IMG/VR virus record: IMGVR_UViG_3300021254_000020
Span: 96,001-160,000 of that record
DNA from: a virus
Lineage: Duplodnaviria > Caudoviricetes
Strand: one strand, 5' to 3'
Length of the DNA stretch: 64,000 nt
Below, one piece after another: positions 9,827 through 18,691 of this stretch. The notes under the pieces were generated by a model. That model worked only from the letters and a program-made list of their open reading frames with translations, was not told the origin of the DNA and did no database searches. Numbering within the stretch: position 1 is the first letter of the stretch; each line of letters starts with the position of its first letter. The translations under genes and the position numbers were made by a program.

Positions 9827-10786
9827 TCATCCAGCATTCTTTTGTAATATGGCCAACAGTTTATCAATAACTGTAAGTATCTTATGAGCGGCATTCTTAA
9901 TAAGACTAGAGTTAGTTTTATCAGAGGTTTTCTCAGCAGCGCTCATCCATTTGGTGTAGATCTTTCTAAGAGAAGCAATCTTTTTACCAATCCATGATTT
10001 TGGTCTGTCTTTGGCCATTTGGACTAGCTTCTGAACTCCTTTGTATCCACCATATGCTGCTAACGCAGTACCACCTAGTTTGAGCTCACCTTTTGCATAA
10101 TTTTTTAATGCATCCTTTTCATGACCACGAAGAATATCAGCATTCATTTTTCTTTCGTCATTTATACTGTTTATTTCATCTTGTGCCATCTTTTTAGCAG
10201 CATCAGTAGCATTCTCATCTCTGAGTAAACGATTATTAGAATTAATAGTTCTATTAGTTGATCTAATATAGTCCGCATTATGCTTTGCTCTAGCTACAGC
10301 ATATCTAGCAGATTGTCCTGCCTTAGCGAAGTCACCAAGATAGAAGTCTTTAATCTTATCTACGAACTCATTTAGATAAGTATCTTCAACAATAGCATCT
10401 AGGTATTTATCATCGCTACTAGTAGACCATTTATCAATACACTCAGAAACATATTGATACTCCAAGCTAGACTCTTTGATAGGAGCTACTACTGAGCACT
10501 CAAATAACATCAATGGATTAATAATCACATCTTCTTCTTTTACTACATTAAGCATCTTACCCATATCAATGTCATTAGCTTTTGCTATATCCTGAAAAAG
10601 ACATTCGACTCCACTTTCAGACAATCTCTCTAAGTAATAGTTATCTACTAAGTAAGAGCCATTATTCTCAACTACTGGGACTTCTTCTACTTTTATCTCA
10701 GCCTCTTCCTGTGTTAAATAAACTGCTTGATCTAGTTGCTCTAATATATTAAATTGAGGCTGTAGATGTTCTTCCTTTATTAGCAT
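9827..10786 (-). CDS. MLIKES-family paralog
   Basis: MLIKEEHL..; C-term RPKSWIGKKIASLRKIY...IDKLL. Confidence 0.8.
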   Translation of the reverse strand: MLIKEEHLQPQFNILEQLDQAVYLTQEEAEIKVEEVPVVENNGSYLVDNYYLERLSESGVECLFQDIAKANDIDMGKMLNVVKEEDVIINPLMLFECSVVAPIKESSLEYQYVSECIDKWSTSSDDKYLDAIVEDTYLNEFVDKIKDFYLGDFAKAGQSARYAVARAKHNADYIRSTNRTINSNNRLLRDENATDAAKKMAQDEINSINDERKMNADILRGHEKDALKNYAKGELKLGGTALAAYGGYKGVQKLVQMAKDRPKSWIGKKIASLRKIYTKWMSAAEKTSDKTNSSLIKNAAHKILTVIDKLLAILQKNAG

Positions 10787-10804
10787 TCTTATCACATCCT
10801 TCAA

Positions 10805-10837
10805 AAATAAATAGGGAGGGAAACTAATCCCTCCCTT
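10805..10837 (-). terminator. Terminator-like hairpin, near-identical to 13161-13187
   Basis: AGGGAGGG-loop-CCCTCCCT followed by ATTTATTTTT on minus strand. Confidence 0.65.
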
Positions 10838-10884
10838 ATATCTATGTGTGAATTTGAATGAATGAAGAAACTTATGTAATGTGA

Positions 10885-11835
10885 TTAACCGGCTTTCTTT
10901 TGGAGGAATTCCATCAGCTTATCAATAACTGATAGAATCTTGGCAGCGACTTTCTTGAGCTTTGCTGCAATACCATTATCTTTTGCAGACTGGGCTTTCT
11001 TCATGAACTTAGCGTATACCTTTCTTAGAGCAGCAATACGCTTGCCTATCACTGACTTAGGTTTATCCTTATACTGCTTATATGCATATATACCTGCACC
11101 TACAAGAGCTGTTCCTGCTACTGCAGTAGCGATTTTCTTATTTCTTTTCTCATTATGAATTCGACGAATATTTTGCAAACGATTCCAAGCTACGTCAGTT
11201 CTATCGAATCCATCACCAAGCCTTTTATGAGCCTCATTATCTCTTTTTGTTCTCTCACTAGCAGCATCTGCCATTTTCTTATAGTACTCTTTATCATTCC
11301 TATCTATGTTTTTAATATCGTTATAATATTTGTCATAGGATGACAATAACTCTTTGTTTTTACGAGTCTCTAGTTTGTCTAAGTGTCTGTTGACCATAGC
11401 AAGATCTTTTGAATTATCTACCATAATAGCCTCGGTGAATACATCTTCATCTATCTCATCATTGAGATAAGCTTCAGAAACGAAATCGCACCAGAATACT
11501 TCATCGCTATCCTCACTAAGAGGTCTGACTACCATATGTTCTGGATCGAATGATTCTTGCATAGCGATGGCATTTCCCTCATCTACTAATAGAGTGAGGT
11601 TATCAATACCATTAGATTCTTTTATGGCCTCAATGGATTCGAACAACGAATATCCGTTATCTTCTGACAATTTGACCACATATCCGTAGTCTACCATATT
11701 GTTTCCATTTTCTTTTACTACTACCGGAACCTCAGATAGATTTAAACTCGCCTCTTCCTGAGTAATATATACTGCTTCATTAAGCTGATTCAGTATATCA
11801 GTTTTCTGAATGAGTTGGGATTCTTTGATTAACAT
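10885..11835 (-). CDS. MLIKES-family paralog
   Basis: Conserved N- and C-domains; TAVAGTALVGAGIYAY hydrophobic segment. Confidence 0.8.
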   Translation of the reverse strand: MLIKESQLIQKTDILNQLNEAVYITQEEASLNLSEVPVVVKENGNNMVDYGYVVKLSEDNGYSLFESIEAIKESNGIDNLTLLVDEGNAIAMQESFDPEHMVVRPLSEDSDEVFWCDFVSEAYLNDEIDEDVFTEAIMVDNSKDLAMVNRHLDKLETRKNKELLSSYDKYYNDIKNIDRNDKEYYKKMADAASERTKRDNEAHKRLGDGFDRTDVAWNRLQNIRRIHNEKRNKKIATAVAGTALVGAGIYAYKQYKDKPKSVIGKRIAALRKVYAKFMKKAQSAKDNGIAAKLKKVAAKILSVIDKLMEFLQKKAG

Positions 11836-11860
11836 AATATCACCTCAATAAATAAATATA

Positions 11861-11890
11861 AAGGGGGATGAACTTAATCACCCCCCCCCC
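11861..11890 (-). terminator. Hairpin whose 5' arm is a G10 homopolymer
   Basis: Plus strand AAGGGGGATGAACTTAATCA followed by C10; homologous element at 15034-15064. Confidence 0.55.
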
Positions 11891-11911
11891 ACGTCTATTT
11901 ATCTCTATTTA

Positions 11912-13132
11912 TCAACCTGCTTTATTTTGCAGATAACCAAGCAGTTTATCAATAACCTTGAGCACATGTGCAGCAACCTTCTTTAGTTTAGCTGCAATAC
12001 CATTATCTTTTGCGGATTGAGCTCTCTTCATGAATTTAGCATAGATCTGACGAAGAGCAGCAATGCGCTTACCGATTACCGACTTAGGTTGGTTCTTATA
12101 CTTCTTATAAGCATACCAAGCACCACCAGCCAAAGCAGCACCACCAACAGCAGCTGCACCATATTTGAGATACTTACCTTTATCAGATCCCGAACTACCA
12201 CCACCAAGCAAGCTGTTAGATGGGCGAGCAATCAATGCTCCGCCATTACCAGATGACGTAGATGGTGAACTTACTGTAGCAGAGACATTGCTTTTCTTCT
12301 CATCAGGAATATCAGCATTGTTTGTTCCATTTGCCGTGTTATTAACTGTATTGCCATTACTATCCGGCTTAGAGATATTTGCTGCTCGTGAGAGTAATCT
12401 CTCATCATCATCTGCGGCTCTATCTTCTTCTGATTTGCGCTCTTTAGCAATCTGACGAAGGCTATCTAATTTATTTTCCGCAGTTTTGCTATTGTCAAAT
12501 AATCGATTACTCCTATTATCAAATGCTTTCCTATGATTAGCCCTTAATTCACCGAATTTTGGTTCGTATTCATCTATTACATCTTTTACTTTTCCGTTTT
12601 TAAACGCTTTGTCTCTATCATCTAAGAGTTTATCCCATTTTTTGTTATATACGTCCCTCTCTCTGTCAAAGTGCTTATCTACTAAGTCTGCATAGTCTTC
12701 AGCTTCGGCAAAAGACATCATCATCTCATAGAATGACTCTTCATTTAGTTCTTCGTTATAGAAGCTTTCACAGATAGCCATTGCTCTAGTATATTCATAG
12801 CTATTCTCAGATACTGGACGAACTACCATTAGTTCTGGATTGAACTGTTCTCCAATAGTAATAGCATCTCCTTCATCAATAGAGATATTGAGAGAGTCTA
12901 ATCCATTAGACTGACTGATCGTAGATAATGCTTCGAACAGACCAATTCCATTCTGTTCAGAAATGCTATTAATATATTCATAGTCTACCAAGTTAGTTCC
13001 ATTTTCTTTTACCACTACTGGAACCTCTGAAGCATGAATCTGAGATTCTTCTTGAGTCAGATATACTGCTTCATTGAGCTGACTCAATATATCATTAGTA
13101 TTCTTAATCAGCTCTGATTCTTTAATAAGCAT
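11912..13132 (-). CDS. MLIKES-family paralog
   Basis: Conserved N- and C-domains; YGAAAVGGAALAGGAWYAY hydrophobic segment. Confidence 0.8.
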   Translation of the reverse strand: MLIKESELIKNTNDILSQLNEAVYLTQEESQIHASEVPVVVKENGTNLVDYEYINSISEQNGIGLFEALSTISQSNGLDSLNISIDEGDAITIGEQFNPELMVVRPVSENSYEYTRAMAICESFYNEELNEESFYEMMMSFAEAEDYADLVDKHFDRERDVYNKKWDKLLDDRDKAFKNGKVKDVIDEYEPKFGELRANHRKAFDNRSNRLFDNSKTAENKLDSLRQIAKERKSEEDRAADDDERLLSRAANISKPDSNGNTVNNTANGTNNADIPDEKKSNVSATVSSPSTSSGNGGALIARPSNSLLGGGSSGSDKGKYLKYGAAAVGGAALAGGAWYAYKKYKNQPKSVIGKRIAALRQIYAKFMKRAQSAKDNGIAAKLKKVAAHVLKVIDKLLGYLQNKAG

Positions 13133-13205
13133 ATTCATTCATTCCTTTCGTTAAATATTATAAGGGAGGGAAACTAACCCCTCCCTTATATCTATGTGTG
13201 AATAT

Positions 13206-14144
13206 TTACTTACTAAGATCATTTGCAGCCTTCTGCATTTTAAACATAAGCTTATCTATTGTGGTAAGAATCTTACCAGCAAACTTCTTAAGCTTATTTT
13301 TGATACCTTTATCTCCAGCACTATTCATCTTGTCCATAATCTTAGAATACATCTTACGAAGTTTTGCGATAGCTTTAGCTATTACATTACGAGGCCTATT
13401 TTTATACTTCAGATAAAGGCTGTCCAGGGTTGCTGCTGTTTGTCCAACAGCGGCAGATTTGAGTCCTTTGGCCCCAAAACTAAGACCAGCAACTCCCCAG
13501 TTACGATATCTATCAGCCTTTTTCTGCTCATCTGGTGATAACGGTACAACATCTGAATTATCGGTAGCTTGTTTATATTTATGACCAGCATATCCAGCTA
13601 ATGCAGCCCCAGCTCCAGCTTTCATCAAGCCTAATCTTCTTGTATGTTTACCGAATGCCTGAATGTACCCATGTAAGCCACTATCAGCATCATAATCTTT
13701 TAGCTCAGTTAATGAGATCAGATTGGATTCCATTAGTTCTACATCATCTTTTTCGTAGGCATCTTCTACAATAGATTCTACTAGAATGCCGATAGGATCA
13801 TTGCTACTCATTTCAGATACTACTATATTATTCAATCCATATACGATATCAGGATCTTCTACAATAGTATCTTCGCTTACTGCTACAACTAGTTTATCTA
13901 GTTCTACATCATTAGCTTCAGCAATAATACTCATTGCCTCTGCATAAGAGATACCATATTCTTCTGATAGAAGATCAACATCTTCGAATCTAACCATAGC
14001 AACCCCTTCACCAAGACGGCTCATTTCACGAACCGGAATGGTTACAGGATGAACTTTGGATTCTTCTTCGCTGATATAAATAGCTTCGTCTAGTATTTTC
14101 AAACCACTCAGGCTGTTCTTTAATTCACTTTCCTTTATAAGCAT
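13206..14144 (-). CDS. MLIKES-family paralog (start revised to MLIKESEL)
   Basis: AAAGGATG SD before 14144; C-term RPRNVIAKAIAKLRKMY...IDKLM. Confidence 0.8.
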   Translation of the reverse strand: MLIKESELKNSLSGLKILDEAIYISEEESKVHPVTIPVREMSRLGEGVAMVRFEDVDLLSEEYGISYAEAMSIIAEANDVELDKLVVAVSEDTIVEDPDIVYGLNNIVVSEMSSNDPIGILVESIVEDAYEKDDVELMESNLISLTELKDYDADSGLHGYIQAFGKHTRRLGLMKAGAGAALAGYAGHKYKQATDNSDVVPLSPDEQKKADRYRNWGVAGLSFGAKGLKSAAVGQTAATLDSLYLKYKNRPRNVIAKAIAKLRKMYSKIMDKMNSAGDKGIKNKLKKFAGKILTTIDKLMFKMQKAANDLSK

Positions 14145-14231
14145 TGATATCATCCTTTCAAAAAAAGAGGTGGGGAGGGGACGATTCCCCTCCCCATTTA
14201 TGTATGTGAATGAATGAATGAAACCCATGAA

Positions 14232-15008
14232 TCAACCGAGTTTGTTAGCTCCACGCTGCATAGCCTGCAACAGTTTATCAATTACAGTCATAAGAGCATG
14301 GCCAGCTTTCTTGAAAACAGAAGCAATCTTAGCATCTTTTTCAATCTTGGCTTTTTCCATCCATTTAGAATAAATCTTACGAAGTGATGCGATCTTTTTA
14401 GCAATTACATTGCGCGGACGATCTTTGAATTTATTGTATAAACCCTTAATCGTTCTAATGTCAGTTTTCGCATTAGTTTTAAAGTTGTAATACGGGGCTT
14501 TGATCCCATGAGTTTGCCAGGATTTTTTCGTAGCCTTAGCACTCCACTTAACATCATCTTTTAGATCCCCGAGAATTCCTTCATCAAGAACTGCTTCGAG
14601 AACGCTTTCATCACCAGATTCCAGATAAGCATCAGTAACTGCTTCGCAGAACTGATAAATTACATCATTGTCGCTGATCGGAGCTACAACAACGTTAGCC
14701 AATTCATCAAGAACTTCCGGAGATTCGATGATAGTAGCTTCATCAACAGCAATAGTCATTTTAGATGCATCTACTTCACTAGCTTCAGCAATAGCAGCTA
14801 CTGCATCCATATAAGAAACCTGACTATCTTCAGCCAGACGTTCTACATCTGCAAAGCGAACCATTGTTACACCTTCACCAAGACGACTCATTTCACGAAC
14901 CGGAATGGTTACAGGCTGAACTTTGGATTCAGATTCGTCTATATATACAGCTTCATTGAGCTGATTGATTACATTGGTCTTATTAATACATGATTCTTTA
15001 ATAAGCAT
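14232..15008 (-). CDS. MLIKES-family paralog lacking an obvious hydrophobic segment
   Basis: Conserved N- and C-domains. Confidence 0.8.
   Translation of the reverse strand: MLIKESCINKTNVINQLNEAVYIDESESKVQPVTIPVREMSRLGEGVTMVRFADVERLAEDSQVSYMDAVAAIAEASEVDASKMTIAVDEATIIESPEVLDELANVVVAPISDNDVIYQFCEAVTDAYLESGDESVLEAVLDEGILGDLKDDVKWSAKATKKSWQTHGIKAPYYNFKTNAKTDIRTIKGLYNKFKDRPRNVIAKKIASLRKIYSKWMEKAKIEKDAKIASVFKKAGHALMTVIDKLLQAMQRGANKLG
14736..14930. repeat. ~195 bp direct repeat, copy 1 (copy 2 at 15686-15880; partial copy at about 14003-14067)
   Basis: About 7 mismatches by eye; identical 64-aa translation SKVQPVTIPVREMSRLGEG...TIAVDEA. Confidence 0.9.
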
Positions 15009-15085
15009 TTATATCACCTCGTAACAAATATATTGGAGGAGGATGAACCTAATCACCCCCCCCCATGTCTATTTGAATGTAGTTA

Positions 15086-15961
15086 TCAGCCAGCAGCTTT
15101 CTGCAGTTTGGCCATCAATTTATCGATGATAGCCATCAATTTACCGGCCGCAGCTTTCAGTCGACCAGCCACAGAAGCATCGGAGTTCTGAGCCTTCTTC
15201 ATCCATTTAGCATAGATATTGCGAAGAGCAGCGATCTTTTGACCAATCCAAGATTTGGGTTTACCATCAGCAGATTTCAAAATTTTGTAGCCGAGACCAA
15301 GTCCAGCAGTAGCAAGAGCTGCACCGCCTAGTGCCTTAGGATTGTCTTTTGCAAACTGAACAGCTTTACCAGCAGCACCTTTTACTGCATCAGCAGCTTT
15401 GCCAAAGGTACCTTTTTCTTTGGGTTGATCTACTGCAACCGGAGGATTCTTATCTTCTTTTGGAGCAGGAAGGGCCTTAATCTCTTCTGCTTCAATAAAT
15501 GCCTCAAGATCAGAATCCTCTACAAGAGCTGCTTCGAGCATAGTATCTACTTCATCTGTGTCATCCATACCGGCCCAAGCATCAATGCATTCTGCCACAT
15601 ACTTATATGCCAGACTGTTTTCGCTCAGCGGAGCTACAACGATGTTGGTCATTTCGTCCAACAGTGACGGATCAACAATCAGATCAGCTTCATCAACAGC
15701 GATAGTCATTTTAGATGCATCTACTTCACTAGCTTCAGCAATAGCAGCTACTGCATCCATATAAGAAACCTGGCTGTCTTCAGCCAGACGTTCTACATCT
15801 GCAAAACGAACCATCGTTACACCTTCACCAAGACGGCTCATTTCACGAACCGGAATGGTTACAGGCTGAACTTTTGATTCTTCTTCACTAAGAAACGTTG
15901 CTTCAGCAAGCATGGACATCGGGTCCAGCCGACTTTGCAACTGTGATTCTTTAATCAACAT
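15086..15961 (-). CDS. MLIKES-family paralog
   Basis: Conserved N- and C-domains; ALGGAALATAGLGLGY segment; GGAGG SD before 15961. Confidence 0.8.
   Translation of the reverse strand: MLIKESQLQSRLDPMSMLAEATFLSEEESKVQPVTIPVREMSRLGEGVTMVRFADVERLAEDSQVSYMDAVAAIAEASEVDASKMTIAVDEADLIVDPSLLDEMTNIVVAPLSENSLAYKYVAECIDAWAGMDDTDEVDTMLEAALVEDSDLEAFIEAEEIKALPAPKEDKNPPVAVDQPKEKGTFGKAADAVKGAAGKAVQFAKDNPKALGGAALATAGLGLGYKILKSADGKPKSWIGQKIAALRNIYAKWMKKAQNSDASVAGRLKAAAGKLMAIIDKLMAKLQKAAG
15686..15880. repeat. ~195 bp direct repeat, copy 2
   Basis: Matches 14736-14930 at offset 950. Confidence 0.9.
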
Positions 15962-15990
15962 GATTAGTTCCTCCATTCATTCATTATTTA

Positions 15991-16788
15991 TTAAGCAAAC
16001 TTGGATTGAATCGTCTTACTAGCCTTCTTCAGCTGTTTAGATAGGAATTCAATAGCCTGTTTGATCTTAGCAATAACTTTATTGAATACCTTTTTATAGG
16101 CAGGTTCGCCTTTGATACGACTAGACAGCTTGTCAGCCAAGCTACGAAAAGCACTGATCTTCTTAGAGATCCAGTTAGCAGATTTGCTACCAGCCTGCTT
16201 CATTACATTAGCAATCCGGTTACCAATCTCTTCTGCTTTCTTACCAGCTTTGCCAGCTTTTTCTTTTACGACTTTAGTGACTTCAGCTTCGTTAAAGAAA
16301 GTATCGAAGTCATCATTTACGAATGCTTCCAACAGTGCATCCGTACCTGCCGTATCCCCAGCAGATTCTCCCATGATCATATAATCAGTCACGGTTTCTG
16401 CCATAATGCTAGCCATGTCGTTCTCGCTAACCGGAACTGCATATACAGTAGCACCTGCTTCAATGAGACCACGAACAGTGTCCTCCATATTCACATCTTC
16501 TAGTACATGAACCTCATCTACTGAGAAGACTACAGAGCTCGGCTGGATATCACTAGCTTCACAGATCTGTCTCAGAGCGTAGCCACCATCACTAATACCA
16601 TTAGCCATAGAGTATTCCAGAAGATCTTCCAGACGTACTACATTCTTACCTAGACGAGCATTCTCCCGTACCGGAACCAGTTCAGGATAATAACGGGATT
16701 CAGACTCACTCAGATAGCTACTATTTTCCAGCAATTGCAGAGCTTCATCAATTGCGTTAGATTTCATTTGTTCTGCTTTGATCAGCAT
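15991..16788 (-). CDS. MLIKES-family paralog
   Basis: MLIKAEQ; VPVRENARLG; C-term WISKKISAFR...KIKQAIEFL. Confidence 0.75.
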   Translation of the reverse strand: MLIKAEQMKSNAIDEALQLLENSSYLSESESRYYPELVPVRENARLGKNVVRLEDLLEYSMANGISDGGYALRQICEASDIQPSSVVFSVDEVHVLEDVNMEDTVRGLIEAGATVYAVPVSENDMASIMAETVTDYMIMGESAGDTAGTDALLEAFVNDDFDTFFNEAEVTKVVKEKAGKAGKKAEEIGNRIANVMKQAGSKSANWISKKISAFRSLADKLSSRIKGEPAYKKVFNKVIAKIKQAIEFLSKQLKKASKTIQSKFA

Positions 16789-16831
16789 GACCTACTCCTC
16801 CTTCTTTAAAGCATTAACAGCACTTAGCCAT

Positions 16832-16843
16832 TATTTAGATGTA
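16832..16843 (-). promoter_or_regulatory. Late-type promoter motif TACA-N6-TA
   Basis: Minus strand TACATCTAAATA upstream of 16788. Confidence 0.45.
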
Positions 16844-16847
16844 TCTC

Positions 16848-17513
16848 TTAACCCTCATCAGCTACCGGTTTTACTTTGAATACATCGGCATTAGAATCAT
16901 GCTTGTTAATACCATTGTGGACGGTCTTAGGATCTGGGTCACCACCTGCAGTCTTAGCTGCAAGAATAGAAGGAACATTAACTTTGCTGGTTTCAGGATC
17001 TTCACCATCACCTACAAAGTTACTATCACTCTTTTGGAACTGGTTTACCGGAATCTTGTGCAGCAAACCATCTGCTTTTGCTACTCCAGTGGATACACCC
17101 TGACCACAATTGCAGTTGTCTTTACCACAAGCACATTCCTCACCCAGCTTGAAGATGGATTTATCAATTGCATCTTCTTTTACTGCTTTCTTTTTATCTT
17201 TCTCACCATTGCATTCAGGGCAGCTTTTAGATCCGCAGTTGCATGCTTCATTCAATTTAAAGAAAGGCATCTTTGCTTCCTCCTTTATGTTTTCTTCTTC
17301 ATTAGAATTGTTATTTCCGCGACTTAATTTTTGACGATAGCTTTCCGGTATTTCACCATTCTTTATGAAGTCTCTAGCTACCCTATCCATATTGGATTTA
17401 GGTCCTTGGTCTTCATGCCTCTTATCGTACAGTAAACTGGCTATGGTGAACTTACCGTTAGTAGCGCGGTCAATAACGTCCTCCGATAAAGAGAATAAGT
17501 TTGGGTGTCTCAT
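16848..17513 (-). CDS. Hypothetical protein with two Cys-rich repeats
   Basis: FKLNEACNCGSKSCPEC and FKLGEECACGKDNCNCG. Confidence 0.7.
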   Translation of the reverse strand: MRHPNLFSLSEDVIDRATNGKFTIASLLYDKRHEDQGPKSNMDRVARDFIKNGEIPESYRQKLSRGNNNSNEEENIKEEAKMPFFKLNEACNCGSKSCPECNGEKDKKKAVKEDAIDKSIFKLGEECACGKDNCNCGQGVSTGVAKADGLLHKIPVNQFQKSDSNFVGDGEDPETSKVNVPSILAAKTAGGDPDPKTVHNGINKHDSNADVFKVKPVADEG

Positions 17514-17524
17514 ATTATACTACC

Positions 17525-17830
17525 TCATTTCTTAATTAAAGAACCAGTAGTATTGGTAGGACTATTCGGGATTTGTCTTTTTATAAGAGAAGTTTGCATC
17601 TGTTTCTGACCAGCACTAGTGGGATTACCAGCAAACCCTTTAGCTCCTACAGCCTTAGCAAAGTTGTTAACTTTGGTCTGTGCTCTATTAGCTGCATTGG
17701 TTACTGATCTACCAGCATCTCGTACTCTATTAACGATTCCGCTTACAGCACTAGATGCATTTCCTAGATTGGTCTGAACACGATTCTTCACATCATCAAG
17801 AAATCCCTCTTGAAAGGTAACGTATCTCAT
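17525..17830 (-). CDS. Small basic protein with acidic leader (MRYVTFQEGFLDD), probable virion protein
   Basis: GAGGG SD before 17830; xxEGF motif shared with 19688-19894. Confidence 0.6.
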   Translation of the reverse strand: MRYVTFQEGFLDDVKNRVQTNLGNASSAVSGIVNRVRDAGRSVTNAANRAQTKVNNFAKAVGAKGFAGNPTSAGQKQMQTSLIKRQIPNSPTNTTGSLIKK

Positions 17831-17843
17831 GATGGTACCCTCA

Positions 17844-18689
17844 TTACATGTAATCGTATTTACCGGCAATGATATCTTTGATACGCTGTACACCAGCCTG
17901 ATAAGGATCGAGATTAGCAGATTCTTCTACTGCTTCATCTTCGTCTTCTTCCTCATCATCATCGTCATCCTTTTCTTTGGACTTCTTGGATTTCTTCTCA
18001 TCTTTATCGTCGTCCTTATCTTCGCATTCCTTGCATTTCTTATCTTTCTTTTCGGGTTCTTCTTCATGGATTACATCCTGATCTGCACCCTTCTTCAGCT
18101 CTACATCTTCTTCAGATGCTTGCTTTGCTGCTTCCAGGAACCCTTCCTGCTTGTAGTTCTTCTTTACAAGAGGTAGGCCATATCGACCAGTGATAAGATC
18201 CAAGAGTTGTTTGGTGTTAGCTACACGACGAATCTTAGCGAAATCTTTCTGATCATTACCGAAAATAGGTTTACCCAAACCAGGTTCAGGATTAGCAACA
18301 CTACCATCAGTATTATGACCTAAGTCTTCCATCTCATCTAAGATTGATGCTTCGTCTACTACTATAGCAACGTCATAGAAACGATCAGCAACATCGTTAG
18401 CTTCTAGTATATTACTAATAGCCGTCTTTACATTGACGACACCATTAGTCAACATATAACGACTGAGATCTTCCATCTCAATCAAAAGACGACCCAATCG
18501 GTCGCTCTGACGAACAACAACCATGTCAGGACTAAAACGCATTTCCTGCTCGTTAAGAGAAGGCATATTCGTCAGCATCTGAGCTACATCTTCCAAGAGA
18601 GTACGATCAGCTGTCTCTGGTAGAGTAAGACCAGACTCATTAATAGCCATTTCGGAAAGGGTCTGTATAGCTGATTTAAACAGTGACAT
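17844..18689 (-). CDS. MLIKES-family N-domain with a highly charged low-complexity tail; scaffold-like
   Basis: VVVRQSDRLGRLLIEMEDL..AIVVDEASI matches the family; K/D/E-rich tail. Confidence 0.65.
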   Translation of the reverse strand: MSLFKSAIQTLSEMAINESGLTLPETADRTLLEDVAQMLTNMPSLNEQEMRFSPDMVVVRQSDRLGRLLIEMEDLSRYMLTNGVVNVKTAISNILEANDVADRFYDVAIVVDEASILDEMEDLGHNTDGSVANPEPGLGKPIFGNDQKDFAKIRRVANTKQLLDLITGRYGLPLVKKNYKQEGFLEAAKQASEEDVELKKGADQDVIHEEEPEKKDKKCKECEDKDDDKDEKKSKKSKEKDDDDDEEEDEDEAVEESANLDPYQAGVQRIKDIIAGKYDYM

Positions 18690-18691
18690 TA

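Noticed and set aside
10805-15064. CRISPR array or REP-like repeats in array intergenic regions
   Set aside because: Repeats are hairpins separated by whole genes, without regular spacers; no cas genes seen
14736-15880. Diversity-generating retroelement template/variable repeat pair
   Set aside because: Differences appear silent and not adenine-specific, the repeat lies in the conserved N-domain, and no reverse transcriptase is present in the window
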